DNA from: Ginglymostoma cirratum
Taxonomy: Eukaryota
Assembly: GCA_024137785.1 (NCBI GenBank)
Contig: JAHRHZ010000288.1
Coordinates: 7,910,820-7,974,819 of the forward strand
DNA length: 64,000 nucleotides
Direction of reading: 5' to 3'
The first letter of the stretch is position 1, and the number at the start of each line of letters is the position of its first letter. The notes beneath the pieces were generated by a model. That model ran no database searches and had not been told where the DNA came from. It saw only the letters and a program-made list of their open reading frames with translations. The position numbers were made by a program, and so were the translations under genes. Below, piece by piece: positions 1 through 13,322 of this stretch.

Positions 1-624
1 CCCATGATGGGCCGCCATGTTCATGTTCATGGGGCCATAGCTGTGTAGCTGGGTCGAGGCGTAGTGGTCCGATCTGGGACTAGTAACTTGACTGTACTGG
101 TCTGCTCTGCCATACATGTCCCCAGAAAAACCTAAGCGCATTTGGCCGTTCATTACATGTGCATTGGGCGATGCGTGACTGGTCGCCTGCTCGTGAAGAC
201 CCGGGAAGAGTAGGTGCCCCGCGGCGTCAGTATGTCCATGAGGTCCCGCGAAGCTGCCTGCAGCCGCTGCCGAAGCGAACAGGCTGTGGCCGGCACTGGC
301 CGCCGCCGCCGCTTCCCCGAAGCCCCGATTGCGAAACAGAAAGTCCCGGGTGGAGTTGAACGCTGCGCTGCTGTACGAACTCACATGGCTCGGATGGTGA
401 CCCAGAGCAGCGGCGTAGCCCGGAGCCTGCGACGTGAAGGCTGTTTGACCCGATGCGAGATCGTGGGTGCTAGGGCTGATCTTAAAAGCACCCATCCCGT
501 CAGCGAAAGGATTGATCCCCAGCCCTACTTCTCGGTCGTTGACATCGCCTGTTGAGTGATGTCGAGATGAGCCGAAAGTAGTCACTCCAAGAGTAGGATA
601 TTGAGGTCCAGCGTCCAAAAGCAT
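1..624 (-). CDS. ZIC1: Zinc finger protein ZIC1, 5' part of coding exon 1 (continues beyond window start)
   Basis: Reverse complement from CAT at 622-624 reads [23 protein letters not shown]...[14 protein letters not shown]...LLFPGLHEQ...[19 protein letters not shown]...[10 protein letters not shown] with no stop. This is the characteristic ZIC1 N-terminus with the ZOC motif, divergent from ZIC4. Confidence 0.97.
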   Translation of the reverse strand, partial: MLLDAGPQYPTLGVTTFGSSRHHSTGDVNDREVGLGINPFADGMGAFKISPSTHDLASGQTAFTSQAPGYAAALGHHPSHVSSYSSAAFNSTRDFLFRNRGFGEAAAAASAGHSLFASAAAAGSFAGPHGHTDAAGHLLFPGLHEQATSHASPNAHVMNGQMRLGFSGDMYGRADQYSQVTSPRSDHYASTQLHSYGPMNMNMAAHHG

Positions 625-1220
625 CGTCTGGCGATGGGGGTTACAGAAGGAATAATGGAATAATTTTTTTTGTTTGAAAAGAAAGAGAGGCAATTCACAA
701 CGAAACTTGCTCAGTAGAAAACAGTCTCTTAGTCTGTTTGGAGGACTTGCAAAAACTCCTTATTTTTCTTTCTCTTTTTCTCTCTCTTCAGCGTGTGGGA
801 ATTTGCTGGAGATATTCCCCCCTCTGCAAACGCAAATCATGCAATATTGTCTTTTGCGGTTTATCTTCCTGGGGAGAAACTTTCACCTCATCAGCCGGGC
901 GGTGAGCTCGGGAATGATAGCGGCAATCATTCCTGCAGATAAATGAATTGAAAAGACAACACCATCCCCTTGATGAATGGGAGTTGGGGGAGGGATCACG
1001 TGGTTCACGACTTCCGAGCCCATTGGCCAGGCCCGGGCAGCCCCGTTGCGCCCGACCACCAATCAGCGACGGGGCCCGACCATCCCGCCTTCTAATTGGC
1101 CCGCTTGCCTCATCAATCCCAGGTATTGTGCGCGCATGACAGTCGCTCCTGATAAATTATTGTCGAGTCCAGATTTTCTTTCTTTTCCTCTGTCCTCTCT
1201 CTTTTTTTATATATAATATG
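625..1220 (-). promoter_or_regulatory. ZIC1 5' UTR and proximal promoter (CpG-rich)
   Basis: Directly upstream of the ZIC1 ATG. GC/CpG-rich 890-1150, E-box CACGTG 997-1002, CCAAT boxes at 1022-1026, 1059-1063 and 1095-1099. The TSS cannot be determined from sequence. Confidence 0.7.
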
Positions 1221-4200
1221 GAAAGAAGAGGAGGGGGTGGGGATGGTGGTCGTGGGGTGGAGTGGGGGGGGTGGGGGAGAGAGACGGACAGGAGAAAAGA
1301 GCGAACTGAAGAGAGGGAGAGAGAAAAAAAACTCTTGTCTTCCTCGACTTCACAATTCAGTCACCCCTTGTCAGACTGTTTGAAATTCGTTCATGTGCCA
1401 CAACTCCAGACGAGAGAAAAAGCGGGCGGCTTCCTTTGTTGTTCAGTAGCTTTTTGATCGCCGGTGAAAATTCACTTACCCAGATGAGTGAGCAAAGAGA
1501 GAAAGAACACTCTTTTGAATTGGGTTCAGAAAATGCATATGTTTGGATTCAGTGCAAACATACAACACTCGGTTGTTTTCGAGACGAAACCCTTGATTAA
1601 CCTGTCTTTCCCCATGTAAAAAGCGATTGAAAACATCTTGCTTGGGCCTTTTTTTTCTCTCTAAAGTGACAATGAATTGCTCTATACATATCTATAGGCT
1701 CCCAAACAATTGCAGAATAGCTGCAAGTAAGGATTTCCCCTTTTTTAAAAAAAACGTTCGGTGCTGTTTTCATTGATTAGAAACAAAGGAAGCGAAAATG
1801 GTTTATGGATACTGTCAGCTGAGAAAAACGTAGCTCCTTTCCACATCATGTTTTAGATTATTCCTTGCCACTCACAACCCCAAATTTGCTAAAGTCCATC
1901 TTCTGTGTTTCTACAAAGTAATTTAATTATTAACGTGAGGCCAATAGTTTGCATATTCATTAAGTCTAATTATATTCTAGTAAAAGAAACGTAAAAGCCA
2001 ACAAAGAATCGGAATCGTTCAATTTACCTTTTGTTCACCACTTCAATGAGTTTCCTTGAAGCTAAGTCTATGTTAAAGTCTTATTTTATAACAAAGAAGC
2101 CTCAACGGATCCTTTAATAATTATCTCCGTTGGTGAACTATCACTTCACAAGGATACAGTTTAAAATAGTTTCCCTGTTTCCCGATCCCTGTCTTCCCAA
2201 TTCAACTCTTTCCTGGTCGAACATCACATTTATACGAACATTTGTGCACGCTTACTTTTTAACTATTTTCTAAAGGTTTCATGTCAAAGTACAACAGGTT
2301 AACTCAAGAGACAGAGGGGGAAAAAAGACTATTAGCGACAAACCCGGCGGTTTAAATGACTTTCTTTGGATGATCCAGTTGCGGTTATATTTTACAGTTT
2401 TCCCTCAAGAAAGCAAGTTTAACGCTAAATGTTGGAAAACTGAGGGGTTGGGAGGGAGGAGGTGTTGACGTTTGAAGTGTGGCAACAAATTATTTTAAAA
2501 ATGGGTAACTTTTTGGCGAATGGTTCTAATTTAAGTCGATTTGATGTTGTGCCTACTTTGCTGATGAATTCCAAGCGTCGGTTATCTTATAAGGAATTAC
2601 AAGTGTACATTTCAGGTACTTTAATCATTTGGAATCATCTTACGTGAGGGTATCTCTGCAGTTAAACTGGATCTTGCGATGCATCAGAACCCCACGCTAG
2701 TTGTGCATATAATGAAATGCTATTTTCCAGCTTCGTAGTGTATGTGCTCCCTAAGAATTAAATGGAACGCGATATTGCCTTGCTGAGTGAGTACAATAGC
2801 TAACATCATAGCATTGCTTTAAATGATGTAATATGCTGAAAACATGGATATTAAAATCACAGCAGTCGAGGAGCAGAAGCTGGAGTAATTTGATTCAAAA
2901 AGATTTACTGCTCATTTGAAAGTGTGTGCAAATTCTAAAGGGACACTTAAAGAGTATGAAAAGTAAACGTTTCCCTTAGCATTATCTTTAGGCTACATCT
3001 TCAAACATACAAAGAAGGGCTGATTTTAAAAGTTGTGGGATGGTAGAAGTTATCAAGTGGGATTTGCGGCGCTCTCCGCAGGAAACGCAGGCTGCTTGAG
3101 TTCAAAGCCACATGCACCGACGTGACATATAAGCCATTAAAATATCATCCTGACGGCTCATTTCTGCTTCATCATACATTCCCTAACTGCTTCCAGAAAC
3201 CTTGAAAAGGAGAAATGAAGAATGACTATCTAGGCAAAGCTACAAAGTAGATTTTTTTTGACTTCGAAGTTACCTGAAATAAAAGATCGAAGACATCTTC
3301 AACAGGTGGAGGACGGTAAGGGAGGCACGTGTATTCAAGTGACTTTTTAACTAAACGACTCCTGACCTCTGAATTTCCATCATCTTTCATGTAAATGCAA
3401 TTGACTAAAAAGAGAATAGAGATATCAGTCAGATTTTTTTGTTTCCTCAGAATAGCCCTTGTCAGGGGCCATCATGTTGCAATAAAAGCAAACTAGGTGC
3501 GAATGGCTCTGAATTATGCATTTCCATTCGAATGCATTTGTGTGTACTGATATTTTCCCTCGTATTGTTTTCAACCGATGGATAGCAAAGCATTTAGTTG
3601 CTCTGTGAAGGGAGGATGGTGGGGGAGGAAATATTTGCCTTGGGGTTGAAGTGTTAGTTTACAAAAGGAATTTTTCTGTGTAATTTAAAATTCTGCCTAT
3701 TTTCATCGAGTCTAATTTAAATTTTAAATTTGATTTATATCTCGAAACGAAGTTAATCATTCAATCGTTTATTTGTGATTAAGATAGAACGTTGCTGTCG
3801 CTAAAGTGTAGCTTCACTTCCTTTACTTCCACCTAACGTGGGTTTTATGCATATTTGAGTCCAATGCAAGTCCTTAAAAACGTGAGCTAAATAACGCGTG
3901 CCCTCTGTCCGCGTTCTGCCGATAAACAAATGCTTTCGGATATTGAGGTAGTGAATTGGAGTATGCATCCATGGTCCCTATTTCCATGAATGGGATGCCA
4001 TTTAACTGAATTTAATTGTAATGCAAAAGTTATGTTGCAAATTTGTTCCTAATGACTAATCTTAATACCATAAATTTAATTGATATCTTTTTTTCTACGC
4101 ATGATTTTCATAATTGTTTAAAACTACCAATATTAAAAGTCAGTGTTGAGTTAGGACTACATATAGGTTCGTTTCAGTGAATTAGATGACGCTTAGTTTA

Positions 4201-7200
4201 TCATATTTATCTCTATTAAAACTGATTCCAATCAAGTTAGTCAGTTGGTTTTTTTGCGCGCAAGAATTGCTCTGAAGTCCCCGACTTTTGAAATACCATA
4301 TCTTTTGACCCCTGACCCGTGACCGACCACATGTGCCGGAGCCACACAATGCCACATAATGCCACATAATGCAAACCTTCGAAAATATTGGGCTGTAGGG
4401 AAAGTAAAAAGTCGTTGACTAAAGTGGTGAAACAATAGTATGTACTGAACTGCAAACAATGTTTTTTTTCCTCTCTCTCCCTCTGCTATTATCACGTTCA
4501 CGTAAATATATCCGATAGTTACATCCACAACAGTTGATACGACCCGGCACCAGTGCTGGGGTCTTCAGTGACATGACTGTTTTTTGTCCGTGTGCGTTTT
4601 AAACTTTTCTCATGTCTCATGCAGTCGAGACTATGGACCACCTTTCCACTGACGCTGCGACAGAACTTTATCAAAGCCAATGCAAATTTCAGCCCGTGTT
4701 CAAAAGATGTTTTGGCAAACTCAAAAATTAGCTCCACTCAAACTGTTAGCTACAACAACCCCTAAAGCGTCGCATTTAAGCATGTTACCATGCTTCCGAT
4801 TAGGCAGACGCTCACATTTCTAGTATTTTATTTCAAGTTGCCCGTGGCTTTGAATTAAAAGTCCAACTGCCAGAGGTTTGTCTTAGTAACTTTGGGCGGG
4901 TGGGATTGGGGGTGATTTTTGAAGGTCACTTAGTCTTTAGCCATTATCCGCCTGTCTGCCTTGAGCTGCGTTAGAGATGCGATTGTACTTTCAACGATTT
5001 GCTATAATTCCATTTTCGGGATTTTACTTCCTTTGTGTGTTTTCCTATAGTTCGTAGGAAGATAGATCTTTTATTTATATATATAGATAAAACATTCTCA
5101 CGTGAATTTCGCGATTATAAACTTTGTAGGTCTTCCAGCATACCAGGGTATCTCAATGTTGAAATAAAACATTCTGATACTAATTCCTTTATTTTTGCTG
5201 CATATATTCCCGGGTAATAAGAAGTTTCAGGAGTGAGTGAAAAGTTTAAGTCTAGAGATTTCCCAACTTTTGGGAAGGACGAACTGGTTGTCCATGCTTT
5301 GTGTTTTTTTTTTGCTTTTTTTTCAAATGTGGACAACTATGGAACAATAAACCTGAGAGGCCATGCGCTTATGTTGCAATAGATGCGTCTACCTTTAAAA
5401 AAAACAACTATCGTAAAATCCAACTGGACATGAAATGCGTTCAGATGGTATATGAAAATTCAACAGACTTTCGGGGTTTGAGGCGAATTTGTGAGGACTT
5501 TGCAACGCCTAACTATCAGCAGCTGTAGTTAAGTTTAAGGTAAAGAACACATTTTTAGGGGAAGATCTGGAAGGTCATCGCTGCATCCTGCAGATGATCT
5601 GGCTTTTGGTCCAAGTAAAATTGGAGGGGACAATGCAAAACTATAACGAAAAATTAGGAGGCCGTGTCCATTGTGGCGATTGATAGATCAATAATAACTT
5701 GAGGAAAATAAATTTCCAAACACTAAATCCTATCTTCAATATCACTAGACGCATTTTATACATAGGTATCTTCCAGCTGTTCAACAGATCACGAAGCCAC
5801 CCCATTACGTTTAGTCAGGTATTCGCCGATACGTTTGTTTCGTTCTTGTCGCAAAAAAAAAAGAAATTGGCATTAGAGACATAAGCTAATCATGTTATTT
5901 CTTAATTCTTACAATTTAGTAAAAGAACACATGCAACCTTAAAGTGCAGGCCTTCACCACCTTCTAACTTTATTTTCATTGGTTTTCTTTGATCTTGCTA
6001 TCTAGTTATTCACTTATCTTACAATTTATTTATATGGATTAGACGACCCAAGAAAGTTATTGAGACTGCACATTTTTGTATAGATTGTCAAATATCCCAT
6101 TGTGTGGCTGGCCTGTTTGAGGTATATGTAATATAATGCAACACAGGAATCTCGGAATGAAGTGCATATTCTTCCAAAATTACACTCACACTGAAAGATG
6201 ACGCTTTAATATGTGTTTTACAGGTCTAAGTATTCTGTTTAACTGAGACAGATGTACACACAGAGACAAATACACACACAAGCAACACAATGCTTCAAAT
6301 TAGAGTTGCTTTTTTTTTCTTTTTTAGTTTCTTCTCGTTGTCATAGTCGATTTAAAAATTACAACTGCCAGCCCCTGATTTCTTTTTCCATAATTGTTTT
6401 CTGCGCTATGTATACTTTAAAACACAGGCGCCACCAGTTCTATTATAGGTGCCATGTTAAAGTCATTGAATTATTGGCTTACAGCTTAACGGCAAATACA
6501 TATTGCACAGTGTAAACATGCACACAACAAAACATAATGTTCTTAACGTTAAAATTCCCACAACTGTGTTTAAAACCAATTTTTTTGCAGATTAAAACGA
6601 CCTTAATGGCTTGTTTTACATCGTACCATGGCGATTTTATACTTTAAAGTACATACCAGGGAAGTAAAAGTTGTAATTTACTCAATTGGTAAGTTATTAA
6701 TAGACCACCGAGTATTTTCCTTTGAATAAACACGGATGAGGAAAGGCTTATGTAACAGCAATCGTTGCCTGATTAGTCAATTAGTATGTAAACACTTACC
6801 TATGAAATTGGGGATCAACCACGAACATTTTAAAAAGGCAGTGATCTCTCTTAACTCGTGGTTTTCAATCCCCAATCTGTATCGTTGTCACTTACAGTGT
6901 TTTATGTGGTCACATACTGTACAAATTAGTGACAGTACATCCCACAACCAGCTGTTTGCTGTAGTTCAGCGTTCTCTGCGTGGCAGTACTAGAATTAATA
7001 TTTGACGACCATCGCATTGTAACAACAACCTCCGACCCAATGTGTTTGGACTGCCACATTATTCCATGACACTTACATTCCTTAATTCATTTACGGACGA
7101 TTTGAGTGTAATGAAAGCTGGACGCGTATTTGGATCAATTTAAGACTGGGACTTTGATCTCCTTGATGGGTTTATGCCCTCTTATGTACAGAAGGGTTAC

Positions 7201-10200
7201 AGGTATCCATGTTTTAACGACATCAGTCGGACCATGTCGGAAAGAAAACTTTCCAAACTGAGAAATCGTTTGCCAACAATAGCTGGGTAATGTATGGCAC
7301 TAGGAGTCAAGAGGGATACATTTAACCATGTGCTCTGGCTGCAACTAATTGTTTGTGAAAATAACTGGGGCGAGGTTGACCTCAACTTACCAAATGTAGA
7401 CCTTGTCCTCATACTGGTTCTGTATCTACATAGAGGGAATAAAAACACACGACTTGCAGGCTCACTTAGCTATCAGAACGTTATAATTTCTGGCAATGTC
7501 AAAATGGATATCGCTCAGAGTTATAAGATTCACAAACGTGTGCGTTTCAGTTGACCTGTGATTGAAAATGTTTAAAATATTAAACGCAAATACAGTACTT
7601 TGGATTAGTTGCACAAATAAAGAGTCGAGGTCAAACCTGTGAAATTTAAATAGCACCGATTGTTAGTGTAACCAGCCTGCACTGCTACAATCGCGTGCAT
7701 TATTGCATTGAATGAATTATGCAAGTTGTTTAATTCCTAGTTGCTTTCCACTTTTTTGAGGGCTCCAACCATGCACTGGTGTAGGTCACCAAGAACATGA
7801 AGGGTCTCTCCGCGGCCAGCACAACAGGTAAAGAAACGAATTACAGGGTTTTTTTTTAAATGCAGCATTGCGTTTGAAATCTCGCAACATTGTGCACTGT
7901 TTAGATTCGGTGTGCAATATGTTTACATTGTGGCGATATTGAAGGCGTAAAGAGTGATCCTGAGTGAAGTATATTGCGAGATAGATATCCAGGGTTCTCA
8001 GTGTTCTCCACCATGGTTGTTATCACACTTGTTATCACACCCTAACTTCCTTCGATTGGAGAAACTAACATGCAGTGAAACAAATGCCTCCTTCTGTTTC
8101 GGCACCCATGGCTGTGGATCACAACTCTACTGCCTTAACATAGGTTCCCTAACCTTTTATGATATCAATTGCTAGTACAAAGGTACGTTAGCGTTTTTTT
8201 TTAATTTTTCAGTTGCGTTTGCAATATTGCATGACTGCAAAGCAGGTAAGATGTAACTGAAATATTGCTCAGACAAAAAAAAACAATGCAACTAAATCGG
8301 TGTAATTTCACTAAAACTTTCATCAATGTCTTTAACCTGCCAACAGTATAACAGTTGCTGGTACATGAAAATTAATATAGCGAGTAAATGGGGTAGGGGT
8401 GGGGAGCGGCCTCCTTGCAGCTTCCTATGAAGGGCAAGTATATGTTAAAGAAAATATATTAAATATAAAATGTAATCCTGCTGTCAGTACTTTAACTTGG
8501 ATCATCTAAATGATACTCATTAACCGCAGCTTATCATTCAGTAGTATATGGTTGCTACAGTTCCTTAACATTGATAGTATCTTTGCTTTATCATTGTTTC
8601 TTCATAGGAATTGTTTGCATATTTCTCACAATGACACACCACACGACTTAGCCAATTTTAACTAGGTATTTACAAAATTCATATCGATGAAGCCAGGAAT
8701 TCTAGCAGTATGCTTACATGGTTGCTAGTGTAAGTCACTCACAGCTTTTGTGTGTGGAGTTATTGTTGGCATTTAGATAAACTAGCCCATTCTATTCAGC
8801 AGGTTTCATGTTCGTCTATTTTTTTGCTTTATTTTTTTTCAATTATTTAGTGGGGAATTCATTACCCTTCCCCAGAAAAGTAGCTGGGTCACTGTATCTG
8901 TTGTCTACAGGAGTAGGTGGATTCTCAGATTAAACCTTCTGACTTAAAATGCAGACATGCACAAACCCCCACATATGCAAACAAGCCAAACTAATCTGTA
9001 GTAAAAACGAAGTATTTCTTTACTCATTACGCCAAACGTTTGATGGGTGGGTTGAAAGGTACAAATATAACGCATGGAATCTTGGGATTCTAAATTACTA
9101 AGCTTCTAGCATTTTTTTTTTCAAATCGAGTTTGTGATTAAAAAGAGCTTATGAAAATATTGCATTAAAACGACGCCAGCGTTGAGCTTCGGGAAAAGAG
9201 AGGGTTTCCCTTAAACTGCTTTATCTTAACGTATTTTCCGCAAGTAACTTCTAAAAAAAAAAATTTTTGAAATTTCAGTGCTCAATTCCAATTTAACCAA
9301 GAGCAGATATCACTCTTATTTGTTGCATTTCTAATGTTTTTATTTTTATCCCACTGGGTTTCACTTTGCACTAGGGTTTAATCAAAGTTCCTTAGGATCT
9401 CTGTTGGATTTCTTTGGTGCTGATCTTGCAGTCTTCAAACTTGGAATTCTGCAATAATTTCCTGTTTATAATGGGGTACAGGAAGCTGTGAACTGCCCGC
9501 CATAAGAGCATAGCGTCTGCCTCGTGTTATTTTGTGACATCTTAATCACAGAGTGAAATATCCTGTCGATGACAAAAGTGGTAACATCGGGCTAATGTCT
9601 GAAAATGTTGTTTGGGGTAGACTGTGAATCATACTTCCGAGAGGAAAAAAGAGACGATTTTCTGCACTTCTTGAATGTTTGCAGTATTTGCGAATAAATT
9701 AAACAATTGGCTAGAAAGATCAATGATGTAAAACGAAGAGGTAAACCGTAAATTGTATGTTTATAGATGGATGTATACATTATGGCGCGGTATACATTCT
9801 TCACTTCAACTCTCCATCTAGCTGCAGTGAAGAATAAGTAGCGGTCTCCCAAGTTAGTTCGAACATAAAGAAGATTTTCTTCTCAAAAGCTTGCTGTAAT
9901 GAAAATTTACTAATCTAATCCTTATGCAGCACTAGTCTAATCCTTATCCAGTGCTTTTGAATAATATTAAGTAAGATAAAAATCAGAGGTCCGTGTAACA
10001 TTCCGTGTAACAAATGTATACTCGCACGGTATAATACTATTGCTCTCAATCACACGATGGCACTTGGATATTTTATAGTACGTTCGCTTGAGAATTTCTA
10101 CCACACTACATTTTGGTTTTGGAAGACACGTATATATCACAGCGTGCATAAGCACTGTGTTCTTTTCTAGGGCCCTCCGTTTGCGACTGAGAAATTGCTC

Positions 10201-12689
10201 GGCAGACAACGGATAAACTGAAAAGCCAGGTGGGGCCCTGAACAGGTATGCAGCAGCCCATGTACGAAGCCCAGGTTAAACTTGCAACATGAAGCCCTGG
10301 AGGCTGAAATACAAACGTATCAACAATCGCAGATCCTTCTCTGTTACACGTATATGCTTTGGTGGAGGGGTTGGGCGGGGGATTCAAAATTGGGCTGATT
10401 ATTAATTCACTTTGGGATTTCGAGTGATGGCCTGAGACAATTGATATAGCCATAAACCGAAAACAATTGTGACTCTGCAAGGAGTGGGAAAGATATACGA
10501 AGTTATGCAAATATTAATGCAACTTTAGTCCAAATCTCAGTTAAACTTCATTCAACATCCTAAAGCCTCAGATATCCATATTTGAAATTATTACTCAGCA
10601 GTTAGTTACATTTTTGCATCATCTGAGTGCATTGCCTTCTGGTAATCTATGTTTTTGAGGGGGGGTGGAGGGGGTTAATGTTTACAATTGCAGCGAGCCC
10701 TTCATTGTATTAAGCACACTTGCTATGACGGCAGAGAATTGTTTTGAACAACTGTGTGATTTTTCCCACTGCCGTGCCCCTACCCCTCCCCCACCTGTTC
10801 CCATTTGATCATACTTTCTTTAAAAAAACATTTTCCTTTCTAGTTTCGAGTGTTAGCCTGACTCTGAACGTATTGGAATTCCTTACGTCTTTCTGCTTAT
10901 TTCCTCCAAGCTTAAATTAGCTATTTCTCGCCCTCTCTCACGCCTCTCCCTCCCCCTCCCCGGCTCACCCCACACCCACCACCCCCCCACCATATAAATT
11001 TCTGTACCCGCTATTACTCCCACCTCCCTTTCAAAAACCTACCTTTTTTTTCTCTCTCTCTCTCTCGTATTGTGGCGCTAGAGGCGAAAGCTTCAAGCCC
11101 CTGCCGTTGATCAGTTTACAAGGACGGCCTAAATCCACGGAAAAGCGCAGCACCGGGTTTCCGCGTCCCTGTAGCACCCTTGTAGCAAAACCTAATGGGC
11201 TGCAATATTACGTATTTGAGTTAGCAGCCCGTTTTGTCACCCGGAAAAGAACTAAACTATCTTTTTTGTACGTGTTTGGCGAGATGGTTAGACAGACGTA
11301 TGCACTCAGGACGACTTAAACGGGCGTAATGTACTGAAGACAAGTTACAGTTGCGGACATAGATGTGGGGTAGGGGGTGGGATTGTGGCTAGCGTTACGT
11401 TCCGGTGCTAGAAGAAACATGAAAAAGTCAGACTGATATAAGGAACGCAGCTCGGTCTTAAAAGCGTCTCAATCGTGTTTACGTAGACAGAAGGGAACAA
11501 CTGACAATCTGTCATGGCTCGCTCTCTCCCTCTCTCTCTCATACCATTCGGTAGTACACTACAGTTTGGTCTTTACTGTCCTTGCAGTGCAAGTTGTCTA
11601 TTCGCAGATTACACGCTGTTTGTAGATTCTCGGAACGCAGTCTAAATTCCCCCCTTCCTCCCCTCCCCTTCACACACAGGCTTGCAACTGGAAACAAAAT
11701 TACAGCGAAAAAAAAAGACCACGGCAGTATCCATGTGATGCAGGCTGTAGTTGAAATCTTTTTGACAATTTGTCGAAACACAGTATTGGAAACCAAAAGA
11801 AAAACTTACCGACGCCTTAGAAAATAAAATTATAGACCCACCCCCTCCCCAAACCCTCAACCACAAGCAGAACTTCTCTGGATTCTGTCTCAGGGAATGG
11901 CTAACGGCAGACAGAACTCACTAAAATCGTACATGCTGAACAAAGTCTCGGATCGGGGGTTGGGGGGGGAGGTGGTTGGGGTTGGTGGCGATTTTGAGAG
12001 AAAGAAAGTTCATAGATGCCACTGACTGGGGATCTCTTTGATCGTCAGCGCCGCTAAGAACAACCAGCCCGTCTGATTTTCTTTTTGTGTCAAGAAAATA
12101 ACACGACTGGAATTCGGCTAGTGTCGGAAAGATAAAAATCACTAATTTCCCGCCTGAGCATAACAGGCCATAACCTCATTTTCAATTCAGCGCTTCTTGC
12201 CCGCACACGACAGAGAGAGAGAGAGAGAAAACCCTGGATGAGTCGCAGGAACTATTGGGGGCTAGATTCTGTTAAAAGTAGCTGGTGTTTGATCGGCTCG
12301 CCTGCAAAATAAACTTTTTTACGCTTTGCAACTGCTCGTGGAAGGCGGATCTGGTGAACATTTGTTTTACAAACTCTTCTTGAGTGCGTACACTTTCCTC
12401 CGTACTCTGTGTGAAGATCGACTATTCCAAATTTTCTCCTTTTTTTGTAAAAAGAAAAGTGAGTCTTTGCTCCAATAAACAACGGCTCGAATTTAGTTTC
12501 ATAATTTCAAGGAACTTTCATATGTATTTACACATAACTTAATAATTAGCACCCCCCCACACACAGCCCCACAAACCATTCAATCCTGCCCAAATTCACC
12601 GTTTACTCACCCCCACTCCCCCTACCAATACACACATCCCTCCCCGAATGAATTACAACGTGACGAAGTGTAGAGCGCAGAGGAGGGAG

Positions 12690-13322
12690 CACGCCAATTA
12701 TTCAATTTTTGCGGGATTTCCCCCCAGCTATAAATACAGCCCGCGCCAACTTGTAAAGATTTTAGTTTTAAATTTGCCGTTGTTTGAGGCAAAAGTGACC
12801 TTCAGCTGCCGAAAGCGAGTTGGGGGGTGTTGGGGGGGGGGGGGGGTGGTAGTGTTGTGGGGGGGGAGAGAGGTCCAGCAGAAACGGTTTTCCTAGTAAA
12901 AATGAGCATGTTGCAAACCAGCAAAAAAAAACAAGAGAACAAGCCAAAGGAAAAGTACTTTTTCACATTCTACCCACCCCCACAAACACCCCTCCAACAT
13001 CCCTTACCCGCACCCACCTCCACCCCTCCCACCCCCTCCTCTCCAAAAGCCAAGGCTTGTTATAACACGCATGTGCCCTGACTGGGGCAAGTAAGTGAGA
13101 CTGTCAATCATCGGAGACTGACCAATGGGATTGCGTGTTGTTCGCGGAGCTCGTCGGAGCAAAGCTGTTCATGAATCTCAATTCAGTTTCTCAAAGCGTC
13201 CTGCTGCTGCAATCGCGCTGCACCCTCCACACCGAATGGCTTTCCACGTTGGCAAAGAACGAGTTTCTAAAGTTCGGTAACTTTAAAAGAAACGTTTTTT
13301 TATTTTCCCGCTGTTAGGCATT
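12690..13322 (+). promoter_or_regulatory. ZIC4 proximal promoter / 5' leader
   Basis: TATAAAT 12729-12735, PBX/PKNOX decamer CTGTCAATCA 13101-13110, CCAAT 13122-13126, donor-like GTAAGT 13091, and a polypyrimidine tract with AG ending 13317 just before the ATG. Confidence 0.55.

Noticed and set aside
159-555. Plus-strand ORFs 159-359 and 214-555
   Set aside because: Antisense shadows of the GC-rich ZIC1 coding exon.
4341-4372. Short direct repeats as a CRISPR-like array
   Set aside because: 10-bp tandem with no spacers, in vertebrate DNA.
7745-7835. Possible small internal exon (AG near 7760, CAG|GTAAAG near 7828)
   Set aside because: The acceptor is weak (GAG) and there is no peptide similarity or other support.
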